This document shows, piece by piece, positions 13,265 through 28,917 of a stretch of 64,000 nucleotides of DNA (the stretch's first letter is position 1; each line of letters begins with the position of its first letter). The notes under the pieces were generated by a model. The model saw nothing but the letters and a program-made list of their open reading frames with translations. It was not told the origin of the DNA and did no database searches. The position numbers and the translations under genes are program-made. The stretch spans positions 12,657,045 through 12,721,044 of the forward strand of contig NC_092680.1 of the NCBI RefSeq assembly GCF_964355755.1, given 5' to 3'. Origin of the DNA: Antedon mediterranea. Taxonomy: Eukaryota > Animalia > Echinodermata.

Positions 13265-13430
13265 TAGGCCTAGTAAGTTTGCGTTATTAGTGGTAAGGTC
13301 TACGCAAGGTGGTCTGGGTTCGCACCTGAGTACTGTCCAGGGGCGAGGTCAGTGTGGTAGGTCAACGGATCAAGTGGACACTGTAGGCTAGCAGCTACTT
13401 GATTGTTAATTGATACGGTCAATAATAATT
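13265..13430 (+). mobile_element. Possible decayed tRNA-derived SINE
   Basis: tagtggtaagg ... gggttcgcacc (A/B-box-like), GC-richer body, aataataat tail. Confidence 0.3.
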
Positions 13431-13483
13431 ATACCAACACCTTATCAAGGTTAATATAAAAATATGTCTATTGTGACATGACA

Positions 13484-13539
13484 CGTATAATTGGCGTGTC
13501 ACGCGCCTAACGCGTATAATTAGCGTGTCACGCGCCTAA
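13484..13539. repeat. 29-bp tandem duplication (2 copies)
   Basis: cgtataattggcgtgtcacgcgcctaa-cg / cgtataattagcgtgtcacgcgcctaa, one mismatch. Confidence 0.85.
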
Positions 13540-14152
13540 TACAATAAATGCTTGACCATGTAAATTATGTATAGAATCATACACTTAGTTATTAATATTT
13601 TAGGCCATCACTAACAAGACAATACAATTTTTATAACGGTGTTAAATTCTGCCTAACCACTCGTTTAATTTATAAATCCTTCAACATTTCTATCACAACT
13701 ACATAATATTCTTAATATAACAAAACTGTCAATTTATATTCTTTACGTCACATTTGTTTCATTTGTAATTTTTTTCTTCATATTTTCTGTTAATTATAGA
13801 TCATGAATTACTATCTTGTCTTTGTAACAGTTTATTGTTATCATTAGGAGAAGATGTAATGACAACTTGATAAAGAACTTGATAAAGAACGGGATAAAGT
13901 GCGCATATTTACGAGGTTGACCGTACGGTACAATCAGTGTTTTATTACCTTTACATGGGGAAATATAAATAACAGTATTTTGTATAACATATTGCATTCA
14001 ACATCGAGGAAATAATGGTGCTTTACACAAATGACTTGGCCTATGTTACATTATTTAGTTTCATGTGAAAAACTTCTAATGACGCGGTGAATGACGACAC
14101 GTGCCAGAAGCGGACATGACATATTGATTATTTAAAGTACGAACTACAGTTA

Positions 14153-14380
<228 letters not shown>

Positions 14381-17099
14381 TCATATTATTATTAATTATT
14401 TTGCAAGTAAACACACAGAAGTATCAAGACGGATATCTCTGAAATCAAACTCAATTTATTTGTATAAACGGTATCCTAATATTATTTTATTACAATCAAA
14501 CTGGCTGTTCATTTGAAAATGTCGTACAATTCACAAATCATATATTATTTAATATCTTTAGGCCTATACCTACAGGTTCGATAACCCCTGAGCAAGCACT
14601 CTGCTTAAATATTTCGCCTTATTTGGTTTTCATTTCATTCTTAATTTAGACTCTCCAATGTAGGCCTAAGAAGTATAGAATTCATTTCGATGATAAGTAT
14701 GGCATATGGCATCTTTATTGAAATACAAACCTACAAACAGTTATCAAACCGACTCTGGAATTGTAATTGTTTACACTTGAACATGAACATGAAACAAGTC
14801 CACCTATTTATCACAGATGACATTAAGCCTAATGAACACTTGCATTTAAATAGGTTCAACAGATTTTTATTTTCATTTTGCTTGATGTGATGATGTAATT
14901 TGTCACCGCCTCTTGGATGGTAACACTGTTAAAGTCATTTATTTATGTTTGTCCATACCTGCCCTATGAATATTTCTAGTATATTTTAGCCCTAGGCTAT
15001 TCTGGACCCGCCATGAAAATGGATCATAACACCGGTAGAAACAGCAGGCGACTGCCCTGGTACAGGTTAAAGAATTCACGTTCAATGACCCTAAATATTA
15101 AGTTTTAAATTTCTATTTTAGCCTCCTCACATTATTCCTACTGAAATTTCATTTTTCATAATTGAAATAATTTGGACATACAGGTGACACTATCGATTTA
15201 TGCTAATTGTGTTTTACCTTAGGGGTGATTGATAATATCATATATCAATTGAAAGGTCCTGTAGTTGCCCTGCTGAACCAAAGCCAAGCATTTTGTACAA
15301 GTAAATCTAATCCCCGGAGATACAACAGAAACACCTTAAGATTTGTCATCATTTTTATTTAAAACAGAATGATTAAGAATTATAAAATTGAAATACACCG
15401 GAGATTAATTCATCATTTAATTAATATTCTTTTGTTTCTAATGAAAATATAAAGTAATATAAAGACTTTACTTGTAGATACAACTTTAATAATAAGAAGG
15501 GACGTCGTGGTATTTTGGTCACAAGCTCTTTTGCCAAAACTAAAAACAACTCTTGCTGAAGGAGACCATGTTTCAGCAAGTACATGCTCTACTGTACTTA
15601 AATAAATTCTCACATAAGTAGTAGACAAAACCTTGGAAAGTAATGTATAATATCCTATCCGTGGATGTACAAAAACAAAGTTATCTTTCTTATGAATTAC
15701 TACCGCTGTACTACAGCAATCAATTATTAACAGGATAATACATCCATAAATTAAATTATAGCCTCTTTTAAATGAAGCCCTGTGGGACGCAATGTATTGC
15801 AGGCGGTCACACACTAATTATATCTCGTGAATTGCAGGAAAGCTATGGATTATAACGATTATTATCAATTATACCCGAATATTAATCTTTCCGAATTTTA
15901 TTCTAGCTTCACGTTTGATACCTGCCAATTTCATCAAAACTTGTTTCTTCTTCAAATCACAATGTCCAAATACATGTTTTACTTATGTTTATTACTTTCC
16001 ATCTTAACGTAATTTAAATGAAAATAGTTATATTTAAGCATTTACTGTGCTTTCTAACATTGGTCCTGCTGGTTCATATATTGCGAAATCTAAACACTAA
16101 TGCCAATAATTTACACTAAAGTCACTTTTTAAAAGTTAATTATTTAACAAGGTTACACAACTTTATCGAGTTTTTGTGAAAGACATATTTTAATTTGAAT
16201 TGAGAAATTATAATTTAATGTCTAATAACACCGCAAGAAACCCAGGTCTATCTTCCTCATGCCGCTTACTGTCCGATTAGAAAATGCCTCGAGAACATAT
16301 ACTATCACCACTAACTGTTCCAATAAAATTCCTAATCAATTGTCACTCAGAACTATCAAATTGCAATTAAAATTGACATCTAAGGCGTTTTCTTGATTTG
16401 TTAAAATTGTCAGAAAATTATGAATTGATACTGTGTAATCCTCTGTATGACGAAAATTTACAAAGAAATATTTGATGTAATTTAATTGGTTAGTTTGGTA
16501 AATTACATTTCCTACTGCAAATCTTGATATGGATGTGACCATCAGACATTAAGTGAGTCAAATCGACTATCTAATTAATAACAAACTATTTCCTTAAAAT
16601 AAAAACATTGCAATGAATGTTACAGATTTTGTATTAAGCGTTACCGTAAGTTTTCTTGTTTAACCAAAGCAATAGAATGCTATATTTTCAATTTAATTTT
16701 CTGCGATATAGTAGGCGGAATATTCTGAAACAAGCTTACTAATTATTACTAGTTCCAACATGAGCATCCCAGTGATTACAATTTTGTTATTATTCCGCAT
16801 GGTTAACTAATATTTTCCGATGTATAGCTATTGACTCATAAATAATAAAATAATTTCCAACGATGATTAAACAATGACCGTATAGAATATTAGTTTAAAA
16901 ATGTTTAAATCTGCAGATTTACTTGAAGGGTTCCTTTAGTTCAATACGAATATCAACCGAAGACAGCAGATGGCTGATTTTACCGATTAGAAACGATCTG
17001 TACAACAAGGTAACTGTAATTATTTACTAATTGGAACAAGAGGCGCTACAAAATACAGACTTTAAATTATTATAATAACATCATTAATAAACCACCCCG

Positions 17100-17250
17100 A
17101 TAAGGTTGATCACAAATAGCGTGCGCGACGCATTGTGGGAAGGGTTTGGGAGCAAACATCACGAAGCGTACGTAAATGATTTGTTGTTTGTACGTACGCG
17201 TAGTGACGTTTGCTTGCAAACCCTTCCTATCATTTGCGATAAACCTTATT
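17100..17250. mobile_element. Short fold-back (palindromic) element / MITE
   Basis: Outer arms ataaggttgatcacaaat / atttgcgataaaccttat; inner arms ggaagggtttg-gagcaaacatcac-gcgtacgta / tacgtacgc-gtgacgtttgctt-caaacccttcc. Confidence 0.6.
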
Positions 17251-20200
17251 AGTACAAAATATCGGAGGCTTGATAGAGGTAAAACATAATTCCATTAGAA
17301 TAACCAAACGCATATTAACAGACTTCCCCACTTGGCCAGAGGGATATTGTAAATATCAATGAATTACCATGCAAGGAATCGAGGCGTATAATCGCGAGTT
17401 ATTTTACTACTTGCCTAAATCCATTATTGTTAAAGTTAAACCTGATACGTTTCCTTAAAATCCCCGAGAAATCGGTTACCTAATAATACCATTACAACCA
17501 TGAAGTACTTTCCCACATACAGTACTGCACGTTAGAACCAATTTTATTTTGATTCAAGATAAAAATATTTTTACGAATGTCGATGTATAGAAATATATGC
17601 CGGCATAAATACCACACATGTTAGATCTTGAAAATAGCATTGCATTTTTTTTTATTACATCCTATTCTCATATAATGATACCTGTTCAGTATCTTAGACA
17701 AACTCATAATACAGAATCGCATATGTATCACATGTGGTGTCTGTATCATGGAGAATCGACTGGTATAAACTGATAGCGATTACAAAATAGAATTTGTGTC
17801 AGGGGTTATTGTGTCTGATAGCCACGTTCTAAAAACGAATAAACTTCCAAGTCTTCTTGGAGAGTAAAGTACTTATTTAATTTAGAAGAAAAACGTCATG
17901 GGACGCGTCATGTCATTTTCTATCGTAATATCTTTCGCATCATTAAAATAGTGTGTGTGAAAATTGCCAGTCTGTCAATTCAAAACTACTCAAACTTGTG
18001 TAACATTTCAATGTGTTAGGCCCGATTTAGTCAGATGATAGCGAAAGAGTCTTGACCTGCTCACCGGAATCTGGGGCACGCAGCAGTGGGATCTACCGTA
18101 AGCTGAGGTTATTTGAAGACCTAGCCCAGCGGGTGATGGTAGACCAACAAAAACATTTATACTTATGGAAGAATTTGTCGGTATTGTACCTCACAAAGAC
18201 ACGATGGAAACCAGTAAAATTCCAATAAAATGGCAAAGAAGGTGAATTTAGTGTGTGTCAGAATAAACAGTAAACAAGCCAAAGGGCCTGGTTTTTTTAA
18301 TTTACCAATGGCATTCCCACTTGGGCCAAATGAAATGGAACGCCCTCTGGCTCCGGGACGCACGTACCACAATTACGCTTGGTCACACTCATTTTAGGCC
18401 AGGGGGTTGGTAAGGCTAGTTAAGTCATGACTATTATCAGGTGGAATACACCAGTCTAAACAATAGCTTTAATGAACTAAACTTTAATATGGTCGGTTAA
18501 GAAAGCACCTAGAGCAATTATTTGTGTTTCTTTGGTGGCATTCAACGGGGCTATTCAAGAGGAAGAATAAGTACGAAATATAAGTCACTTCAGAAATGCA
18601 ATTGAAAAGTAGCAAATTTAGGCAACAAATACGGTCTCACCTTACAGCACTAATGCGTATGTAGATTATATTACTTGTAAAGGTTCCAGGACTAACTGAT
18701 CCATATAAATGCTATTTTAGACATTAAACAGCTGCTACTCTTTTAAGCCACAACTTAAATAATGTTTTACTTGGTTTTCATTACCGGTACTTAGGCCTAC
18801 TTTTAACTTTCATACAAAATTGGAGAACTTCACTTCATCTTTGTATTGTAATACCAATATTTAGCATGGTACTTATAATTTAGAATAAATATTTTATATT
18901 TATAAATCTAATTTTGTTATAACATTACAAATAGAGTTCCCCCTCCTCTCTTCCTTTATTTAGGCCTATACTTATTATCGACTTTCTGAAGTTAGATACT
19001 AATAGTACTATAGGTCTGAACAAAAAAAGAAAGAAAGAAAAAATATAGTTGAAGGGATGAACCATACAAATGAAAAAGACGTAACCGAGTAAGTTACAGA
19101 TGAAATGAAACGAATAAATTGAAAATGAACACTTGAAAAAAAATATTTAGGGCAAGAAGTAGGACAACGTAAGTTATTAAAGTAATGGCAATCGCGTTCA
19201 CTGAACCCATAGTAACATCCATGTCAAGCCTGCTTTCGAACCTACAGTGTTTACTGCAGTTGGAAGCCAGTGTAGAAGTCTTCGTATCCGATATCGAAAC
19301 ACTGCGTGAAGTAAGTTTTGATGTGAGACAAATACAACTATGACAAGGTGTGAAATTGCTATCTGCGTCTCTTGAATTGCATTGGTATGCTGGGAATTAC
19401 ACAGGGTTAAGAACCTCTACCCATTATATACATGTGAAGAAGAACATATATTGCTTGAGAACCTATTCAATATTTAAGTTCAACTTAAAAAGTTACTAAT
19501 TTATTGGAAAAAGATTTAGAAAACTTTAATACAAATTGGTTTCTTTGAAAACAATAATGCAATTTGTTTTCTTTGATTACAGCAACGATTTTGAAGTTAA
19601 AAAACAATTAAAATTAAATTAATTTGTTTCTGTTTTAATAAATATTTGAAAGGACGTTGACAATGTTACCGATACAAAATCTTTAATAAAGAATGAGAGA
19701 TAGATGATCAATTGTATCAACTTATCGTAAAGATTAAATCTACAAAACGCTGATGAATCATTGAGAATGGTCGTAAACTGGTCACCGGTCAGTAGCCCTT
19801 ACATAACTGAAGCCCTGGATCTAAGAACTGGACATAAATCCAGACTTATACAAAACCTCAACTGGATTTGAATGGCGTCTGAAACTATGGAGAAATAATC
19901 ACTCCATGCTGAAACATACAATGTTTTACTCAAACAAACTAAAAAAACAAAATAGATTAATTGATACTGTCTTTATCTTCAAACATGTGATTAGTGGTGT
20001 CTTCTTCTAGGCTTAACATTGGCTACTTTCCTTGTTTGTAGTTATCCTTTCTATTTATATGCTTTCTGCGGGCTAACCTTTTCTTATTTTTAGGTCAGAT
20101 GAGTTTATATCCCTTGTAGATTTATCTTTTTGGTCTAAGTTGATTTTTATCATTGTTCGGACATGAGAGGTACAATTGCCTGTTAATCCCTCAAGATGGA

Positions 20201-21833
20201 CGAGATTTTAATGCGCGAATATGTTTTATTATTTTTTTATTGCCAATTCTGAGGGCGGTAATGCGACGGTTTGAGGATTGTCAACCAGTCGTCGCCACAG
20301 CGGTTATGGGTCTTCTGACCTTATACATAATACAATGATACCATCTTATAGGGAGCTTTATTGCCATGGAAACAAGTCAAAATCAAGTATTTTGTACCAG
20401 TAGGCACGACTTTTGTAACAGTGTAATAAATGGTAAACACTAAAACAAAATCAGTATTGGCATATGATGGAATTTCCAAATGATGCTAACTTGGCTTAAG
20501 CTATACTTTAACCAACGAGTTCCTCAGCAGACAAAGAAGATGAGCAACGTTCGGTAGTAGCAAGTCTCCTCATAGTGTAGCCGAGCCGAGTACTCTGCGC
20601 TCAAAAATACAGAAAATGCAACTAATTTCAGCCACAGCAGCCGATTTGCATCGTTGTTTTATACCGAATAAATGAATAAAAATTATATAATTTAAATCAC
20701 AAACGCTTTGTGCTGTCATGCTTATCACTTTTTTATGAATAAAACCATAGGAATAAAAATCATCGAAGGAAAAGCCGTTTATAAAACGTTACGCATGCGA
20801 AGCTACTAAGATGAGTGATGGCATAGGCCTAAGTGGACATTTAACCGTAGTGATTAATTCTTTGAATGAAATATATCCATAATTTGTTTTAAATTATATG
20901 AAACTGACGAGTAATTCACTTCAACTGTTGTAATTCACGATGCACAATATTGTTTAAATTGTGTACGTTGAAACATTGACAAATGACACAGCACTATGTA
21001 ACTAATAAAGATTTGGTTTTGATTTTACCATGGATGTCAGCAATTTGAAACCACGAGACTCGAGCTTAGATAAAGCGACAGAGAAGATTAGCCCCTGTGA
21101 ACAAGAAGCCTCCAAGCCCGCTGGCATAGGAAGCGATTTGCACCATCACTACTTATAACAATCCTACGGGGATGCTGGGCTTAGGAGATATCTTGTCCTT
21201 AAGGTGTATCACTAATAAAACACTAAACTTTCATATCAACTTAAAAAGATGGGGTAGCGTCTAGGCGGTGTGCTTCTAGAAATAAAATTAAGTAATCCCT
21301 ATTAAGCCTTATGTCATTGGAAGTCTATAGACGAGTGGTTTATTTTTGTGTAAAAATTCCAAACAGGCATCTAGGAGAAATTAACAGTGTCATGAGACTT
21401 GAATAAAAGGCATCCGAAACCTAAGGCGATTAGCAACCCAAATGTTTGACCTATCCAGTAATAATGTTTCTATTTAATTGTCCAACTGATACTTCAGGAT
21501 GATAATATTAATTGTATTACGTTTAGTTAAAGCGGCAGGAGTTTTAGGAAGTTTTATTAAAAAGACGGATCAATGACGTAGTTAATCACGTGTCACTTTA
21601 GAATATACCGTAGTTGGTATAATAATTTTGATTTTAAGTAAATATATCAATTATAAATTATGGTATGCCAACATAGGCCTACCTATACACTGTATTACGT
21701 CGAACATGGAAAAAATACGTACTTATTTTTCCTTCACGTTAATAAATTTTTACTGCAGTTATTATCATTCCATTTTTCAAACGATCTTGTGCTTATTATG
21801 ATTACAATTACAAAGTGAACAACAATTACGTAC

Positions 21834-22038
21834 CTTCGAAGTACTCCCCCTAACAACGATGCATTTAAACACTCGGGCGGACTTAGCCTCCGTTGAACTT
21901 CTGCTACAGTGACCTTGTATTTAGACGTAGAGCTAAGCAGAGACAGACGACCAGGAACAGAACAAAATACATCATTTGGCGATGTAACGTTTGAAATCAT
22001 TCCATCTTTGCCATTTTCACTTGGTTTTCTTACTACAG
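21834..22038 (-). CDS. TFAP2: TFAP2 exon 4 (205 bp)
   Basis: ttacag|CT ... AG|gtacgt; (A)[67 protein letters not shown](R), the highly conserved AP-2 motif. Confidence 0.97.
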
Positions 22039-25000
22039 CTGTAACGAGAATAAAAATGATATATATAACAAATATGTAATCCTTTGCTAATAATAATAAT
22101 CGATATCGATAAGGTAAATTTGTATTTTTATTCGCAAATTTGAAATAAAATTAGATAATTGTAGAAGGTAATCAGTGATGTTCTTTCTGTAATAACATCA
22201 TTATGTTTTCATAAGAATTGTTTTGTTAAGAGATGCACTTAATGATCTCAAATGGTTACAATCTTGTCAAACGTACAATAACATTACGATGTTATTCAAT
22301 ATCAATGTACTCCACAGAATTATGAGCAATATTAATATATTATTTGGACAAGTCGTACCCATTATAAGAGGCTCATTTCGGTATATTTTCCTGTTATTTT
22401 GAATATTGTTTCAATAATTAAAACTTAAGTAAAGACAGTTATATTACGATTAGTTAGGCCTACTTATTTCTACAGAATAATAGATATATAAGTCCTTGTT
22501 TTAGAGAGCCATTTGACATTACTTTTGTTTACTGAAACGTTTTATACTAGAAGTCCACAATTACTTCATGTTTGATAAAAGTGAATACTGCCGTAGTGTT
22601 GAATCTGTATGTCATTCTTATGACGAATTGCTCGGCGACACAAATAAACATAGTTTGGGTAAAATGGGTACAGCAATATCTTACCTCAGTAAAGATAAAT
22701 CATTTTGTTGACAAATAGCTAAATATTTGTCAAGAAAATTACCCATAGATCATGATCGTTAAATATCTTGTCAGCATACGTGCAATTACCACGTTAATAT
22801 GACTTAATTACGACATACATTTCCAACGAAATTGATGTTGAAATTGGTAATGTAACCATTTAGGCCTATATATTTTGCATGTAAAATGAAGTGATTGAGC
22901 GTGTTCACCAACATACGTTATAAATCGTTTTTAAATTATTGATGATTTGTAGTCTGTTTTGCCATTGAACTACATGATCTTTATTTATTGTGATTTATTA
23001 TTTCTTTCGTCATTTTCACAAGAAAAAAAAACACAAAAAAACCTTAGCATTAGGTCTGCATATGTATTCGAAGAATTAAAACATAACGTTTTATTTTATT
23101 TTTTTATTACTGATTATTTTCTTCAAATATTGTAGAATTTTGAGTTTTTGGGGAGGATGGCGAACATACTATGTAATTGAATTACCAAAGCACGCCCTCT
23201 GTCACTACTTTTCTCTACCTTGATGGCAGCATATCTTATATCTTTACAATACAGTAAGACGCACACAATAAAGTGAAAAAAAAACCACAATTTTATTGTA
23301 ATATAAAATAAAAGCAATCTCTCTCCTTTGTTAAGATTCACATGTTTCAGAAAATGGCAGATTTACTGTAATTCTTATCCATGTAACACCCAGTATTCTT
23401 GTGAGTCGACCAAGCATATAACAGCTGTGGACAAGGCTTTGAAGGCCGTTTAGTTTTCCTGTTCTTTCTGCTATTTCTTCAATGTAACAATGTTTTGTGG
23501 ATTTACTATTGTTTATACATGTCACGCACAACAATTGTGGCTTAGTCTTGTCTGTGTGACATGGAAATAGTTTCTTTAATTTTCTCTCATTTTTTGTTGT
23601 TGTCAAAACAACTTTTTATCCACCAATGCATTATTGCTTTGATAAAATATTTAAAAGAAAGAAATATTATTATTATACTTAAAATAATCACGTTACAGTC
23701 ATATTAGGAAAATATGATTTTAAATAACTCGTTGACAAAATGGGGTTAATAGTACTTTTGGTAGATTTGTTACTGCGCATGTGGTTGTCGATTCATCAAA
23801 TATAAATATTTTGTAAGGTTTTTAATCGACCATTATGCTTAGAACTATGTGTTTCTCTTCTTTTGATACTGGATCAATCGTGTTTGTTCCGGTTAACAAT
23901 TTTCCTGGTTGAGTCAACATTTAAGCCCAGTGACCTAATTTTGACGTATTGTAGACATTTTATTTGAGCAAATAGACTTAATGAAGTGATACATGCACTA
24001 TAAGTATATGACTACCACTTTCTTTTTTTATTCAGTTGATATAGTTGTTCTTTTGAATTTAGTAGAAAATAACTACAGTAATACGTTGCTTAAATGTATT
24101 TCTTTTATGACTATAAACATAAGAAGGTCTTAATATTACTCATTGAGTATAGTAAACATTGGTGGAATGCTTGTTGAAGATGTATCACAAATCAAAAACC
24201 GTAAATTATCACCTCGTCAAACACGTTATTCATGACAGAACAGTAAATTTCCATAAAATCTTTACAGTGATTCATTAATCTTAAATACTACATTACTGAA
24301 TGAGTCGTGTGTCGTTTTTTACTCATCAAAGTAAGATATATTATGCGTGAAGTGGTGTGTTTAATGCGAAGACGTTTATTAAGATAATATTTTAAAAACC
24401 AAAATCAAAGTGACTAGTTAATATAGTCCCATGAGTTTTTGCGTACAAATTTCACTATCGGAAATTCACTGTAAAAATCATATGCAAATAGAGAGACTAC
24501 GTTACTGTATTATTCATGATACACGGTTATAGCAAAGTATAATAGAAATAATGGTTTCTAAAAAGAGTATCTAAAGTCATTGACATTGCCTAATTATACT
24601 TTGAAACACGGCATTCATGAACAATATTTGATTATTCATCCGTAGCAAAAAGCCTTTGGGAAAATTGTTAGTTTCCAAAAGTACAGTGCCGTTTTAACGC
24701 ATTGTTGTCGGCATATTTATTCACTTTTCAGAAGCGTATTTACATTTAGAGTTATGTTCGTGGTTGTGTTTACAGTTTACAACGTACTCTACGTATTAAC
24801 TTACACTTACGGTTGCCTGTGAAAGCGAGATGCAGTTCAATGAAAATAACTATAAAATAATTTAATTTAATACACGCGGATGTGATTGCTAGTTCAGAAA
24901 AAAAATAAATAAAAAGGAGTGAAAAGAAAGTACCAGTTTTATATTTAGGTCTTAAAATAATATAACTAAGATACCAAGTTAAATTCTAACATTCGAACCA

Positions 25001-28000
25001 AATATTGCTTCACATTAATTAATTAATATGGTAAGTCAATTAGAAATATTTATATCCCTCACGGAATTTAAATTACTAAATAAAAGTTAAACAAACTTAA
25101 TTATTTCCTTATTAATTAATCCAATAAAGACGTTGATTTCACTCCAACAGAAGGTTTAATAAAATACTTTTGTTCACTATTAATTAAACTGAAATTCGTT
25201 AATATCGAATTAAATTGATATTCTTAATTTGAAAAAAAAAAGCCTTTTTATTCATAATAATGGGCAGAAGGTTTCTGAAATGTTGACGTTTTCATAGAAA
25301 ATTAAGATAGAGATTTCTTATATTCAATATAGTTTAGGTGTATACTTTTCCCCCCCAAAAAAATGTAAAAATTATTTTATTCATTCAGAATTTTTACCGG
25401 TAATTGTTTAATCAAATGTAGGCCCTAATAAATGTTTCTCTTCAGACGTTCTAAATAAGGTGGTTAAAGGTACTCCTTTGAAGCCTTCATTTGTTTGCGA
25501 TTAAAACTAAATAAAGGGTCCAAGCTAAGTTTAAACACTTTTTGATAAACGAATCGTTAATTGTTTAGTCTATTTCAGTTTCTAAAATTGTGTTACTCAT
25601 TTTTGTTAATGTATTTCACCACTTAGTTTATTTTGAATTTCTTTCTAAATGGGTCAATCAAATAGAATTTCCAGAAAATAGGTTTAAACGTATTTGCACC
25701 TCACAAACACAGCATAAACAACATACCGTTGATAAATAAGATATTAAATTAGATATAAAATGAAAGGTACTTAAACGTGCAGTGTTAATATACAAATGAT
25801 ATTTAATAGCATTAACAAAACGTAATAATTTTAATTTAGGGTTGTATTTAAAAAAACATAACAATGACATGCCCTTGTAAGTTAATATCAATGTCGTTAT
25901 AATACGAGTTATTGTACTATTCGTTTATTTGTCAGAACCGGTTTGATTTTCTGACATTACCATGTAAATTGGTAAGATTAATTCTCTTTTTGGCCGAAAG
26001 CTGAATCAAATGGTTAGTGTTACTTTACTAATGGTTCCTTGGGGGTGTTGTATTATTCAAAGCAAGTTATCACAATACCAATATACTACCGGCTAATGAT
26101 GCTTTACAAAATACATCCTTTTAAACTCAATGATTCTTGTCTTGAAGAAAGAGATAAACATGTCAGATTACGCTACACGTCGGAAATAACTATCGAAAAA
26201 CATTTGTAAACAATAAAACAATGGATATAAACTCGTTTATCACAAAGATAGATAGGAGTATAATGCAATTAACAAATCAACGAATTTACACTGGTATTGA
26301 TTAACAAGTGTTTAATTTATATTGTATGTTTGAAACATGTATTTCTATTTGTATGCTGCTTTGGTTAAAATGTTTTAGTATTTTCTTTTTTACTTAAACA
26401 TTGATCAACTTGCAATGTTCATCTTGTTGAGTATTTCGAAATGATTACAGAAATACAGCGAACGCATCTTCTACAAGAGAAGCAATAAAACGACTAGAAT
26501 TAATGGAAGTTGACCTTGACATCGCGGCTTTCTTTTATCTATTTAATTCTATATCACGTGTTCTTTAAAAAATATGTAGATAACGAATTAATAGTATTGT
26601 ACATCAATAAAATAATTACAAAAATTGAAATCAGCAAAAAATCCTACGTGTATCTTAGGCCTTTTTTCAATTATCTTTTTCTAAAAAATAAACTTGAGTT
26701 GTCTTAATTTTATTTCTTTGAGACTATTTATAAATATGGTACAAAATAGTTTTACAAGATATCCTCGCGAGGTAAAATTGGGTAAAACCTCACTTCTGTT
26801 GTCAATAATAACAATAATAAATGCGTTTTTAATGTTGTAATTGTACGTATCGGAAACTGCTCTATTGGTAAACTCTTTAAAAGTGTGCATTTCAAAATGC
26901 TGACAACCGATGGTCATTACAATTGTTAGTTTTTGTAATGGTGTTAAACCATTGTCAATGCATTTCACGCTATCCAGAGTTTCATACGAACAAGGTGTAT
27001 TGTAAAATAATCTAAGAACTATATTGTTTAATTAAAATGAATGGCGGAAGAAATGAAAAGTATATCGAATAGCAGGTCAAAACCCCGAGATCTTTGTGTG
27101 TGAATATCACACGGTCCACTTGCTAGGCTTATTCCTACCGAATATTTAAACTAGGCCTATCAATCAAAGCACAATCTATTGAACAATTAATTACCAAAGT
27201 CAGAATGCATTTAAACATTACAAGTCCTTTGTGTCACATTGTATTTAATTTCGTTACTTATTCTGACTTTGTTTTTAGAGTGTTTTTAGTTATTAAGAAA
27301 ATGAATAAATCTTGAAGCATTTTATATGCCTTATGAACAATTATTTTTAATTTAATTATTATTTTAAATATTAATGATTGTTAAATAATATCCTTCGAAA
27401 GTTGGTTTAGTTTAGTGATTGTTCTTTTAATGTAATCAAAGCAAAAAAAAGAAGCCAAAAATAACTTTGCTACCGGTCCGTCGAAATACGTTATGCATTT
27501 ATTATTATCAGACCATCTAATATGAGTATTTAGTCAGAACTAACAAATACATATTTCATCTCATTCGCCAACAATCAAAGATTATAAATCTAGGCCTGTT
27601 TCTCGCTTTAAGAACGATCAAAGCGCCTGCACTCACTTTGGTTTCCAGCAAATTGAGCAGCTAACGAACTTTCGATATTTTCTATTATATTTTATACGCT
27701 GTGTTTACGGGATAACACTTGTATGAAAAGGCAGTATGAATGAGACCGGTTATACTTAAAGAACGCACTCTTCTGAGTTTAATTAATCTATTCATAAAGT
27801 GAGGTTAGTTTCGGTCAATTTAGGATTAAAATCTATAATTTGTAGAAACTACGGAAGTATATGGCAGGTTTGTTGTTTTTGAGAGTACATTGAATTCTAA
27901 ATATTCAGCTATACAAGAGTAAAGTACTCTTTTTATTATCATTTAATCGTAAATTACCTATCGAAGTCAAGATGTTATAGATACAAAAACAAGTCGGGAA

Positions 28001-28917
28001 CTGTAATCGGGTATGTTGATTTGTACAAAATGCAACGAAATGTTTCACTTTATATGGTATATATAGAAATAATGTTTTATCATAGATTAATTATTTCGTG
28101 TATTATATATTTATGTTAATATTAATTAAAACATATTTTGAGATGCCAATTTATCAACGTAAATCGTAATTTTAAAATGAAAATTTCGTTATTTTGTGTA
28201 GTATTGATGACGCGTGACTCAGTGATTAATTTTCATATACCTCTAGATCCGGGTATATTTTATCTTGTAACAAAAGCGCATAAAAATTATAATATTATAA
28301 TAATTTCATAGGCTTTTGGTTATTATCCATATAATATGCGAAATGGGGTAATTATTACTAAAACGAGGACGTTGTGTTGTTGTTTGTCTATTATCTTATT
28401 TCTATATCTTCGTTATTGCCAGACAAAGGGCGTGTGCTTAGTGCATTGTTTCTTTGTCGTCGGAAAAGAAGAAATTATTTTATCGTTTAATACATTTTAA
28501 TAATATCTACCATGTCCACACAAAAAAACCATTAAAAAAAAGTTGTAGACATTCGTATTATAATTAATAAAAAAAAACAAATGTTAAATTCAGAATTTAA
28601 CATTAATGCACGAGCGCCTACTGGAAACGGTTTAGCAAGACAAGCTGTTTTACTGATACAACCACTGATCCATAGAAATATTATTGATCGTACAATATTA
28701 CCGACACTCGTAAAAATAATCTTCTGTACTACATCGATTTCTAGTTAATAAAATGTATTATACAACAATTAAAAAAAAGAGATAAGAAACTGCACCGAAA
28801 CTCGGGTGGATTGCCAATGATGCAATAAGGATGATAGGCCTAATTGTGTAATCTAAAAATATTTGATTAAACTGAATTGCCAATTTATAATCATCGTTAT
28901 CAAAATTCGATTCTTAC

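Noticed and set aside
15413-15814. 133-aa minus-strand ORF in intron 4 and other short intronic ORFs
   Set aside because: No recognisable domains or splice-compatible boundaries; composition typical of chance ORFs in AT-rich DNA.
21090-21190. Stem-rich segment with aagccc tested as a twister ribozyme (also 37340-37445 and 53560-53640)
   Set aside because: Only imperfect hairpins; conserved twister core not found; probably old repeat fragments.
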